The position numbers were made by a program, and so were the translations under genes. A stretch of 64,000 nucleotides of DNA, from assembly GCA_043800255.1 (NCBI GenBank), contig JAZDNF010000001.1, positions 128,001-192,000 on the forward strand, given 5' to 3'. Shown here one piece after another: positions 17,691 to 25,616 of this stretch (positions are counted from its first letter, which is position 1; every line of letters begins with the position of its first letter). The notes beneath the pieces were generated by a model. It searched no databases, was not told where the DNA came from, and saw nothing but the letters and a program-made list of their open reading frames with translations. The DNA is from Candidatus Altiarchaeota archaeon (lineage in GTDB: Archaea; Altiarchaeota; Altiarchaeia; IMC4; SCGC-AAA252-I15).

Positions 17691-18035
17691 ATGAAAATTA
17701 AGGTAACTAAAGCCCTAGTGATGCTCGGATTAATGGCCCTAGTTGGTCAGGTTGCCGCTCAGTTTCCTGTTTACTCGCTTGACACGCTTATCTACACACT
17801 CACGGATCCTATACTCTGCTCGATTTACAACGGCTTTAAGATGATAGCAGGCGGGCTTGCTGTCGTTATGCTGGTTTTAGCTGGAGTTAAATGGATGTCT
17901 GCCGCAGACGATCCCCCAGCAAGAAAAGTCGCGAAGGACATGGTGATACACACTGTAATTGCCCTTATAATAATCGTGCTCGCGACTTTGATCGTTGATA
18001 TAGCGTCCGGCGGACAGCTGACGGCTTGTCCATAG
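17691..18035 (+). CDS. TrbC/VirB2-like pilin 6
   Basis: VAA-Q signal; ILC...GVKWMSAADDPPARKVAKD...AC. Confidence 0.75.
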   Translation: MKIKVTKALVMLGLMALVGQVAAQFPVYSLDTLIYTLTDPILCSIYNGFKMIAGGLAVVMLVLAGVKWMSAADDPPARKVAKDMVIHTVIALIIIVLATLIVDIASGGQLTACP

Positions 18036-18055
18036 CATCTAATAGCGGATGACCT

Positions 18056-18385
18056 ATGAAAAAGAACGCCCTAATCCTAATACTTTTTTGTTATATGACG
18101 TCCGGAATTTTCGAGTACGCCGGCGAGATTTCTTCACAAATATCGACGGTATTTGAGACTTCGTTCTGCACAGTATACACTGTGATATGGTACCTTGCAG
18201 GAGTCCTAGCATCCGCCATTATCGTGGTTCAGGGCCTGAAGTGGGTGGAGGCTGACGATGACCCCGGCCAGAGGCAGCGTGCTAAAGAGACGATCGTGAA
18301 TGTGATATACGCTCTGATCTTCATAATCATCGGGAAGATACTCGCAGAGCTGATTATCGGCGAAACTTTCAACTGTGCGCCCTAA
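18056..18385 (+). CDS. TrbC/VirB2-like pilin 7
   Basis: SFC...GLKWVEADDDPGQRQRAKE...NC. Confidence 0.72.
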   Translation: MKKNALILILFCYMTSGIFEYAGEISSQISTVFETSFCTVYTVIWYLAGVLASAIIVVQGLKWVEADDDPGQRQRAKETIVNVIYALIFIIIGKILAELIIGETFNCAP

Positions 18386-18389
18386 TCCC

Positions 18390-18397
18390 TTTATTAA
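18390..18397 (+). promoter_or_regulatory. Putative TATA box for pilin 8 (leaderless transcript)
   Basis: TTTATTAA in an AT-rich spacer, 23 nt before ATG 18421. Confidence 0.45.
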
Positions 18398-18420
18398 TTT
18401 ACAATTAGAATCTGTATAAC

Positions 18421-18756
18421 ATGAGGCGGTTAGCTGTCCTTATCCTACTCCTTCTCATCGTTTCAACTGGCGGATGTGTAACAGACGATTTTGATACGTT
18501 CATAGCGGACCTCACAACGCTTCTGGAAGAGATGGCGCAGATGATATGCGACCTGAACGAGGCTGTTCAGCTGATCGTGGGCGTCGTAGGCTCTTTTGTA
18601 ATAGTCCTCGCAGGCCTTAAATGGGTTGGATCGCAGGACAACCCCCAGGAAAGGACTAAGGCTAAGCAGATGCTTCAGGCGGTAGTCGTTGGTTTCGCAA
18701 TAGTGGCGTCAGCGACTTTTATAGTCGAATTTGTACTGGGAAGCAGCTGCATCTGA
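18421..18756 (+). CDS. TrbC/VirB2-like pilin 8 with lipoprotein-type signal
   Basis: MRR-hydrophobic-TGGC lipobox; MIC...GLKWVGSQDNPQERTKAKQ...SC. Confidence 0.72.
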   Translation: MRRLAVLILLLLIVSTGGCVTDDFDTFIADLTTLLEEMAQMICDLNEAVQLIVGVVGSFVIVLAGLKWVGSQDNPQERTKAKQMLQAVVVGFAIVASATFIVEFVLGSSCI

Positions 18757-18761
18757 GCCGC

Positions 18762-18769
18762 TTTATATA
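18762..18769 (+). promoter_or_regulatory. Putative TATA box for pilins 9-11/trpA
   Basis: TTTATATA, 23 nt before ATG 18793. Confidence 0.5.
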
Positions 18770-18792
18770 CGTTCAAAAGAAGTTATATAACA

Positions 18793-19116
18793 ATGTCCGC
18801 CAGTAGCAAGGCCATCCATCTGACTTTCCTCATATTGTCCGTATCAGGGAGCGTTTCAGCTCATCCTCTCACGGATTCGATAGCTGACAACCTGTGCATG
18901 ATATTCCAGGCCATAATCCTCATGACCGGCGTTATAGCCGTTCTCATGATCACGATAGCTGGCATGAGATGGATAGGTTCCGAGGACGATCCAGCTGCCA
19001 GGCAGAAATCAAAGGAGCAGGTTGAGAGCATAATAGTCGGGCTGATTATCGCGGCGGCCTCTATCGGCACTGCTGCTGTCGTGACCGGTCAGACTCCCTG
19101 CGTGTGGCCGATATAA
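18793..19116 (+). CDS. TrbC/VirB2-like pilin 9
   Basis: VSA-H signal; NLC...GMRWIGSEDDPAARQKSKE...IVG...PC. Confidence 0.72.
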   Translation: MSASSKAIHLTFLILSVSGSVSAHPLTDSIADNLCMIFQAIILMTGVIAVLMITIAGMRWIGSEDDPAARQKSKEQVESIIVGLIIAAASIGTAAVVTGQTPCVWPI

Positions 19117-19117
19117 C

Positions 19118-19405
19118 ATGGTTAACGTAGATTTTACGCCGGCACTGAAGTACATATGCGTGATGTCATGTTTCATCAGGCTTGTTGTCGGCCCGATAGC
19201 GGTCCTGATATTGTCTCTTGCAGCGCTACACTGGCTTAAGTCCGAGGACAAGCCAGACGAGAGGAAGCAGTCCAAGCAGCAAATGAAGAACGTGCTGGCT
19301 GGTATCGTAATCATAACCATAGGTTACATTGTGGTTGAGGCAATCTTAGGCTCGGCTTCCATGGTAAACTGTGATGCGGTAACAGGTAACGCATGTCCAG
19401 TATGA
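19118..19405 (+). CDS. TrbC/VirB2-like pilin 10 (no evident signal peptide, 4 Cys)
   Basis: ICVMSC...ALHWLKSEDKPDERKQSKQ...NC...AC. Confidence 0.65.
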   Translation: MVNVDFTPALKYICVMSCFIRLVVGPIAVLILSLAALHWLKSEDKPDERKQSKQQMKNVLAGIVIITIGYIVVEAILGSASMVNCDAVTGNACPV

Positions 19406-19716
19406 AAAAGATCACAATTGTCATAGCAGGCGTGTTGTCAGCCGGCTCAGCGGCTGCGATAACCGGATTGCAACTTGTGCAACCCGTCTACGATGTTGTC
19501 TGCCTTTTTAAGGATGCTGTTGAGAATACCATAGGCGCGTTAGCCGCCATTCTTTTCGTATATGCTGGCATAAAATGGATAACCTCCGAGGAGGTGGAGG
19601 AGCAATTGCACGCGAGGGACATACTGGTGTACACTATAATCGGGCTGATACTGCTTGGGGTTATTGGAGGCATTACGCGCATACTCTTCCCAAATGTAAT
19701 CCTATCGTGCATTTAA
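19402..19716 (+). CDS. TrbC/VirB2-like pilin 11 (acidic loop)
   Basis: VVC...GIKWITSEEVEEQLHARD...IIG...SC; ATGA overlap with pilin 10. Confidence 0.7.
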   Translation: MKKITIVIAGVLSAGSAAAITGLQLVQPVYDVVCLFKDAVENTIGALAAILFVYAGIKWITSEEVEEQLHARDILVYTIIGLILLGVIGGITRILFPNVILSCI

Positions 19717-19722
19717 CAGAGA

Positions 19723-20508
19723 ATGAAAGTGTTGGACGTATTCAAGGAGAACGGGTGCGCTTTCATGCCGTACGTCTGCGCCGGAGACCCTGACCTAGTC
19801 ACAAGTAAGGAGATTGTGGGGGCTTTAGTCGGCAGCGGGGCTGACGTCATAGAGCTGGGTCTGCCCTTTTCTGACCCTATTGCGGACGGTCCCACAATCC
19901 AGGTTGCAGCCCAGAGGGCTTTGGATGCGGGAATGAACACGGATAAATACTTCAAACTATGCGGCCAGGTTTCGAGGGAATATGATGTCGCCCTTGTCTG
20001 CATGACCTATTATAACCTGATTTTCAATTACGGTTTGGACAGGTTCGCGAGGATGTGCGCTAAATCAGGCGTTTCAGGTTTAATCGTTCCGGATCTGCCT
20101 GTTGAGGAATCAGGCAGCTTGAAGAAAGCTTGCAGGAAGCGGGGTCTGGACCTGATACACCTTGTGGCTCCAACCACTATCGGGAAGAGGCGTGATCGAA
20201 TAGTCAAGGACAGCACAGGCTTCATCTACCTGGTGTCAGTGACCGGCGTAACTGGGGCTAGGAGGAACGTGGGGGTTGAAGTCGAAGGGCTGTTGAAGAA
20301 GATGAAGAGGAAAACCAAGCTTCCAGTCTGCATCGGTTTCGGGGTGTCGAAGCCTTCGCATGTTAAGGAGCTCAAGAGGATGGGCTTCGACGGCGTCATA
20401 GTGGGAAGCGCGATAGTGGATGTGATAGAAAAGAACCTCGGGAGCAAGCAGCGGATGCTCTCCCAGCTGAAGAAATTCGCGAAAAGCCTCAGCGATGCGA
20501 GGCTTTGA
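19723..20508 (+). CDS. trpA: Tryptophan synthase alpha chain
   Basis: IELGLPFSDPIADGPTIQ, PDLP, GVTG, IGFGV, VIVGSA. Confidence 0.96.
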   Translation: MKVLDVFKENGCAFMPYVCAGDPDLVTSKEIVGALVGSGADVIELGLPFSDPIADGPTIQVAAQRALDAGMNTDKYFKLCGQVSREYDVALVCMTYYNLIFNYGLDRFARMCAKSGVSGLIVPDLPVEESGSLKKACRKRGLDLIHLVAPTTIGKRRDRIVKDSTGFIYLVSVTGVTGARRNVGVEVEGLLKKMKRKTKLPVCIGFGVSKPSHVKELKRMGFDGVIVGSAIVDVIEKNLGSKQRMLSQLKKFAKSLSDARL

Positions 20509-20510
20509 CA

Positions 20511-23294
20511 TTAGTCGATTATCTCATAAGCTCTGACGTAGCCCCAGGAGCTGTAGTCCTGCTCGCCTGGGTAGTCCTCAAAGCCGTTGAATTCGTCCAA
20601 AAGCCTGAAGTGTTTCAAGGGGGTTATCTCCCTGTTGTACAGGCCGTACTGCTTGTACTCTTCGATGTAGTCTCCAAGATAGAGTTTTGTCATCATGAAG
20701 TCTGAGAACTCTCCCGGGACGTAGACTAGCGTGTTGTAGGGCGGGAACCTGCATATGTTGTTCTCAGGCAGTCTAGCCCACTGTGTGGTGCACGTCATTA
20801 TAGTGCTGAGAGGCTGCACTCCCAGTATGGAGGCGTCGTTGTCCTGTATCCAGTTGTCCCAGAGTATCCGCCTGCCGTACAGGTCCATGACCGATACTGT
20901 GAAAGAGTTCTCGCTCACGTCGAATATGACATAGGATATGTACGCTGGAACGCACCTGAAAACGATCCTTTGGGTGTAGGCTACGGTTCCATCCTCCTTC
21001 GTTGTGATCCTCGGCTTGAGGTCGCTCTCCTGCGGCGAGAAGCCGCAGTGGGCGTAGTTCCTGAACGAGCCTATGATTTCGTTGTCTATGTCGCCTGTTG
21101 CTATCTCATGGAGGGCGGATCCCTTCCCTATCATCGTCCAGTCTATCACCACGTACCTGAGGTCTACTCCCTCAGGGTATAAGTTCGTAATGTTCGAGTA
21201 CATGCTCGAGTAGTTTCTGACTATGTCGAAAGCCTCCTCCTCTGATGTCTTGTTCACGAAAAATCTTGCGACATCCTGTATCTGGAAGGCGTCAGCTTGC
21301 AGGTTGTCTATTAGGACAGACCTATACCCTGTTGATGTGATCCAGTGCCCATAGTCCCACCACGTTATTATTGCGGTATTGTTTGGGGTTTTCTCTCTCA
21401 TCCATGTGAGCGCCGGCTGCCAGTAGTATACGTCACCCAGCCCGGTATAGAGTGGGTGAACTCCGACGAACTTGTCATAGTTTGATGCGCCTGTGAACGG
21501 TATAAAGATTAATGGCGTAATCATAACGAATATCGCGCCTATGATCCTGATGCTCTCAAAGTCTTTCTTTTTGGCTATTGAGAACAGGCCGATGGTCGCT
21601 CCCAGCGCTGCTATGGGCACGCTTGCTGTGAACAGGTACTGTGACTTGTTGTACACGCCGTATATCATCGGCAGGCTCCATGTCAATATGAACAAGGCGC
21701 CGAAACTCCTCCTGGTCAGGCCGATATAAAGTAATACTGGGATCATCACCAGCCCGTAAAGGATTGCTATGCCGAATCTCATGGGAGTATACGCAAGGAA
21801 CTCTTTTATCGAATTTGAAGTTGGATTCTGCTCTGCTATTGTGACGGTTATCACATCATGGGCTCTGACGTCCTTTACGATTTCGAGCATCTGATTCTTA
21901 ATCAGGTCCCATCCTATATAATACGACCCTGCGATCACAGAGGCCACAATCAGCAGCGTTATCGGTGCCATGTTATCCCGTATTGTGTTCTCTATGCTGT
22001 CCATAAACACCTTCTTTTCCACCCTGTTTTTTCCATACCTGTGCTTTCTGATATTCTCCAGGATTATCGTCACCAGCAGCATGCCTGCGAGAGTTGCTGC
22101 GATGATGTTCCCCGGGTAGAAGCTGTTGATGTTCGGAAGCGTCTTCAGGGGATGTAAGAAGAATGGTGTAAGGAAGCTTGGAATTAGTGCAATCAGCACG
22201 TAGGGGATGTGTTCTAGGCAGTCTCGCCTGTGGATGAAATTCACCAGCGAATAGACTATGCTGAATATTGCGATTATTATGGCGGCGTATACGTATCCTC
22301 CCCAGGACATCCTAAGCAGCAGGAAACTGTAACCTGAAAGCAAGGCGAGTATGAGGCTTTTCCTCCTGAATGCCATGACAAAAAGATAAAAGCTTGCCAC
22401 GAACAGGAACATGCCCATGGCGTCATCCTCCGTGTTCGATGCGATTGCGCTGATCGCAAATGCGGGGCTTAACATGAGCATGAAAGCCGCGAGAATCGCC
22501 GCAATATTGTTGTACGGTGGCATGTCATGGAAAAGCTCCTTGACAAGGAGATAAAACAACAAAACCGTTAGCGCGCCCATTATCCCCCCGTATAACATCG
22601 CGACATCATACAATGATATCCCAATCAGCTTTGTCAGAGTTGCCATTGACGCTATGAACAGCGATGCGAAAAGCGGCACTACTGATATGTTCAGGCCGGG
22701 CGGTATGTTCGGGTTGTATTTCTGTATTCCCCCCCATATGGGGTATGTCATATAATCGTGGTCTGGGAGGAAGCCCGTAGTGTAGGTCAAATCTGCCCAC
22801 TTATAGTACCAGTAGGGGTCTATGTTTGAGATGAACGGCAGTTCGGCTGGCACGAGATGTATGATCAACGTCGAGAGAAATAGCGCGAGAACTGCTGCCA
22901 TCTGGGGTTTCATGAGCTTGTGCATTGATGCTGCATAGGCCAGCAGGAACACTCCGAATACGACCGAGAATATGGTGTAATCCCTGCCCATCCCTCCGGC
23001 GTATATTGTCGAATAGTAGAGGAAGAGGGTCACGACGAATATCAGCACCGGAACTCCGAAAAACCAGAAGTTTTTTGTGCCCCCCTTGAAGTACATCTTG
23101 ATGAAATACAGGCTCAGGCATCCGATGAAGAAGCTGCCGATGTACAGGACGCCTGCGACGCTTCCCATTCCGACAATAAGGCGGGCCGCGGCTATGAGGA
23201 AAGCTATTATGGAAAGCAGGAACAGCGGCTCCTGAATGTGTTCGGCGAAATCCGGAAGTTTCAGCTTTATCTCAAAACCTTCAGAGTCTCCCAT
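20511..23294 (-). CDS. aglB: Oligosaccharyltransferase AglB (STT3)
   Basis: DPYWY, EDD, TIAE, TWWDYGHW, D..MIGK; many TM helices. Confidence 0.92.
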   Translation of the reverse strand: MGDSEGFEIKLKLPDFAEHIQEPLFLLSIIAFLIAAARLIVGMGSVAGVLYIGSFFIGCLSLYFIKMYFKGGTKNFWFFGVPVLIFVVTLFLYYSTIYAGGMGRDYTIFSVVFGVFLLAYAASMHKLMKPQMAAVLALFLSTLIIHLVPAELPFISNIDPYWYYKWADLTYTTGFLPDHDYMTYPIWGGIQKYNPNIPPGLNISVVPLFASLFIASMATLTKLIGISLYDVAMLYGGIMGALTVLLFYLLVKELFHDMPPYNNIAAILAAFMLMLSPAFAISAIASNTEDDAMGMFLFVASFYLFVMAFRRKSLILALLSGYSFLLLRMSWGGYVYAAIIIAIFSIVYSLVNFIHRRDCLEHIPYVLIALIPSFLTPFFLHPLKTLPNINSFYPGNIIAATLAGMLLVTIILENIRKHRYGKNRVEKKVFMDSIENTIRDNMAPITLLIVASVIAGSYYIGWDLIKNQMLEIVKDVRAHDVITVTIAEQNPTSNSIKEFLAYTPMRFGIAILYGLVMIPVLLYIGLTRRSFGALFILTWSLPMIYGVYNKSQYLFTASVPIAALGATIGLFSIAKKKDFESIRIIGAIFVMITPLIFIPFTGASNYDKFVGVHPLYTGLGDVYYWQPALTWMREKTPNNTAIITWWDYGHWITSTGYRSVLIDNLQADAFQIQDVARFFVNKTSEEEAFDIVRNYSSMYSNITNLYPEGVDLRYVVIDWTMIGKGSALHEIATGDIDNEIIGSFRNYAHCGFSPQESDLKPRITTKEDGTVAYTQRIVFRCVPAYISYVIFDVSENSFTVSVMDLYGRRILWDNWIQDNDASILGVQPLSTIMTCTTQWARLPENNICRFPPYNTLVYVPGEFSDFMMTKLYLGDYIEEYKQYGLYNREITPLKHFRLLDEFNGFEDYPGEQDYSSWGYVRAYEIID

Positions 23295-23295
23295 T

Positions 23296-23988
23296 TTATC
23301 TCCCGAATCTCCGCTCCCTGCTCTTGAAGTCGCTTATGATTTTCTCAAGGTCCTCTCGGGTGAACTCCTGCCAGAGCTTGTCAGAAAAGTATATCTCAGA
23401 GTAGGCCGACTGCCATGTGAGGAAGTTGCTGAGCCTGTCCTCCGATGTCCTTATTATGATGTCTGGGTTGTCCTTGACCCAAAGGTTGCTCTCAATGTTC
23501 TTATCGTTCAGTTCCAAGCCTTCCTCAACGACCTTCTTTGCGGCGTTGATAATCTCCTGCCGGCCCCCGTATCCCATCGCCAGATTTAACACCAGTTTGT
23601 CATGGTCTCTCGTCTTTTCCTCAAGCTTCTCGAGGTTGTCAATCAACTTGCCCCCGAGGCCAGGGTTTGTCGCCGTCGACCTTATAGTGTCCCTGTCGCC
23701 GCACACGTTGACTTTTACTCCCTCCTTCATTATCCTCTTGTCACCCATCGCCTTCTCGGCCTGCTCGTTGAATACCCTAAAAAGAGTCTCTATCTCGCTT
23801 TTGTCCCTGTTCCCGATGTTTTCAAGCGACAGGGCGTAGATTGTAACCTGGTTGACTCCGAGCTCCCTGCACCAGTTAACGAAATCGAAGAAATGGCTTA
23901 TCCCCTCCTGGTAAGAGTTCTTAAGATTAAGGGCCCCCTTCTTCCGCATGTACCTCCGGTTGCCGTCAGGTATCAAAGCGATGTGCAT
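23296..23988 (-). CDS. uppS: cis-Prenyltransferase (polyprenyl diphosphate synthase)
   Basis: HIALIPDGNRR, YALSLEN, YGGRQEI, IRTS..RLSNFL.WQ. Confidence 0.95.
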   Translation of the reverse strand: MHIALIPDGNRRYMRKKGALNLKNSYQEGISHFFDFVNWCRELGVNQVTIYALSLENIGNRDKSEIETLFRVFNEQAEKAMGDKRIMKEGVKVNVCGDRDTIRSTATNPGLGGKLIDNLEKLEEKTRDHDKLVLNLAMGYGGRQEIINAAKKVVEEGLELNDKNIESNLWVKDNPDIIIRTSEDRLSNFLTWQSAYSEIYFSDKLWQEFTREDLEKIISDFKSRERRFGR

Positions 23989-24030
23989 TTTTCTCTTAAA
24001 TTAATCTATTCGCCTTATATTAAATAAATA

Positions 24031-24513
24031 ATGAGGGTTCTTGACACGTCTGCGATTCTCAGATCCGATCTGGATTTTTCAGACGGTGAATACTGCCTCC
24101 CGGATTCGGTTCTTGACGAGCTCGAATCTGTTGGAGACGAAAAAACCGCGTTGGCGGTTGCCATATCTATTAAAACCAGGGATATAAAAGTCTTGAATCC
24201 GTCTGAAAATGCGTTGGCGGCTGCGTTGGAGGCTGCGAGAGCTACTGGAGACGTTGGCAGCCTCTCTGAGACCGACTTGGATGTGATCGCCCTCGCCTTG
24301 CAGACTTCCGGCAGTATAGTATCCGACGACTATGCAATACAGAACGTCGCCTCCCACCTCAGCATAAAATTTGAGCCGACAGCCCAGGACGGAATACGAA
24401 AGAAAGTGAAATGGGTTAAACGATGCTCAGGCTGCGGGAAAACATATGGGGCAGAATACGACGGGGACTGCAGTGTCTGCGGTTCAAGGCTTAGGAGGGA
24501 AGCAGGCACCTAG
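24031..24513 (+). CDS. nob1: Nob1-like PIN/Zn-ribbon endoribonuclease
   Basis: VLDTSA, LSETDLDV, SDDYAIQNVA, CSGC...CSVCG. Confidence 0.88.
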   Translation: MRVLDTSAILRSDLDFSDGEYCLPDSVLDELESVGDEKTALAVAISIKTRDIKVLNPSENALAAALEAARATGDVGSLSETDLDVIALALQTSGSIVSDDYAIQNVASHLSIKFEPTAQDGIRKKVKWVKRCSGCGKTYGAEYDGDCSVCGSRLRREAGT

Positions 24514-25616
24514 TCTGCCAGCATCGCAGAACCCTTGAGCATCAGGTACACTCCAGCGTATTCCGGCAGGCTGACTCTTTCGCCAGTCCTGTAGGGGCCG
24601 TGCTTTTCCCCGCCGAGTTCGAATTTCGGGATGTCCTTGCCGATTTCCAAATCTATCATGGTGGTTGGGAAGACTACTGCATCTTCCAGGGGATCGAAGG
24701 CGTCCAGGTCCTTGATTGTCATGGCCTTAAGCCCTGTCCCCCCGTGGAGTGAGTCCGGGAGGCGCATAAGCCTTGAAGTGTCCAGCGTCACCATCCTGTC
24801 AGTGTCGCCTATCAGGTTTATGGCCTTCTCCTCTACTATCCTCTGCTTCAGGCCGTTGGACAGGTGCAGCAGGCCGTCCCACTGTCCCCTCTCCAGCGAT
24901 TTTATGTTCTTCTGCCTGTCTCTTATCAGCTGGGCTGCGGTCTTCTCGCCTATGCCCGGAATCTGCTTAAGCATTTTAGGATCGTTCTCTGTTATGACAT
25001 CGTATGTTGCATCATAGATTCTGCCAGCCCAACCCCGGTCCCCGCTCCTAGGGCCTCTCGTCATGCCCTCCCCCCCGGATAGGAAGAGCTTGAGGTCCAA
25101 GCCTGTTCCAGTTATGTAGTCTATTACCTCCCTCCTCCCCTGGCCGTCAAGGTACCTTGCACCCTCGGAGATGACGTGGATGTGATACCCTTTCCCACCC
25201 GAGAAGTTCATGCGTATTTCGCCGGAGGGGAAATTGAAATCGTCTGTGAGGAATTCCATCAGGTTCCTAGTCTGCCTTTTGACTTTTTCCATCTTCTCCC
25301 TGCTGAGGTAGTCGACGTCGGTGTCCAGGTCGAAGACTAGGTCAGCGCCGTCCCAGTTTTTCGCATCCATCGGCTGGTTGGTGGGGTACTCATAGTATGC
25401 CGCGGAATATGATATGAAAAACGGGGCCTCCCTCTTCAGGTAGTTCGTAAGCTCCTTCTGGCTTTCGAATGACTTGTGTCTCACCCTTATCTTGTCGTCC
25501 AACGTTCCCACTCCGAATTCTCTGATTGACACTTCAGCAGGAGCCGGAACGTTGTTCCTGAAGTAGTACTCCTTGAACTTTTTCTTCAGGAAGATTCTGG
25601 TCTTAAGGTCCATCAT
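24510..25616 (-). CDS. priS: DNA primase small (catalytic) subunit
   Basis: REFG, DLVFDLD, FSGGKGYHIH, D..VT.D..RLMRLP.SLHG. Confidence 0.95.
   Translation of the reverse strand: MMDLKTRIFLKKKFKEYYFRNNVPAPAEVSIREFGVGTLDDKIRVRHKSFESQKELTNYLKREAPFFISYSAAYYEYPTNQPMDAKNWDGADLVFDLDTDVDYLSREKMEKVKRQTRNLMEFLTDDFNFPSGEIRMNFSGGKGYHIHVISEGARYLDGQGRREVIDYITGTGLDLKLFLSGGEGMTRGPRSGDRGWAGRIYDATYDVITENDPKMLKQIPGIGEKTAAQLIRDRQKNIKSLERGQWDGLLHLSNGLKQRIVEEKAINLIGDTDRMVTLDTSRLMRLPDSLHGGTGLKAMTIKDLDAFDPLEDAVVFPTTMIDLEIGKDIPKFELGGEKHGPYRTGERVSLPEYAGVYLMLKGSAMLAD

Noticed and set aside
15902-19716. Type IV pilins/archaellins (class III signal peptides)
   Set aside because: No basic-G/A|Q-x-x-x-E cleavage site before the first hydrophobic stretch; the mature part is a two-helix hairpin with no globular beta domain
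19723-20508. trpA as a functional part of the pilin system
   Set aside because: Canonical TrpA with intact motifs; biosynthetic genes are scattered singly throughout this window, so adjacency is probably shuffling
24930-24990. HhH-like insert (IPGIGEKTA) in PriS as a novelty or intein
   Set aside because: No intein motifs; variable helical insertions at this position are usual in archaeal PriS
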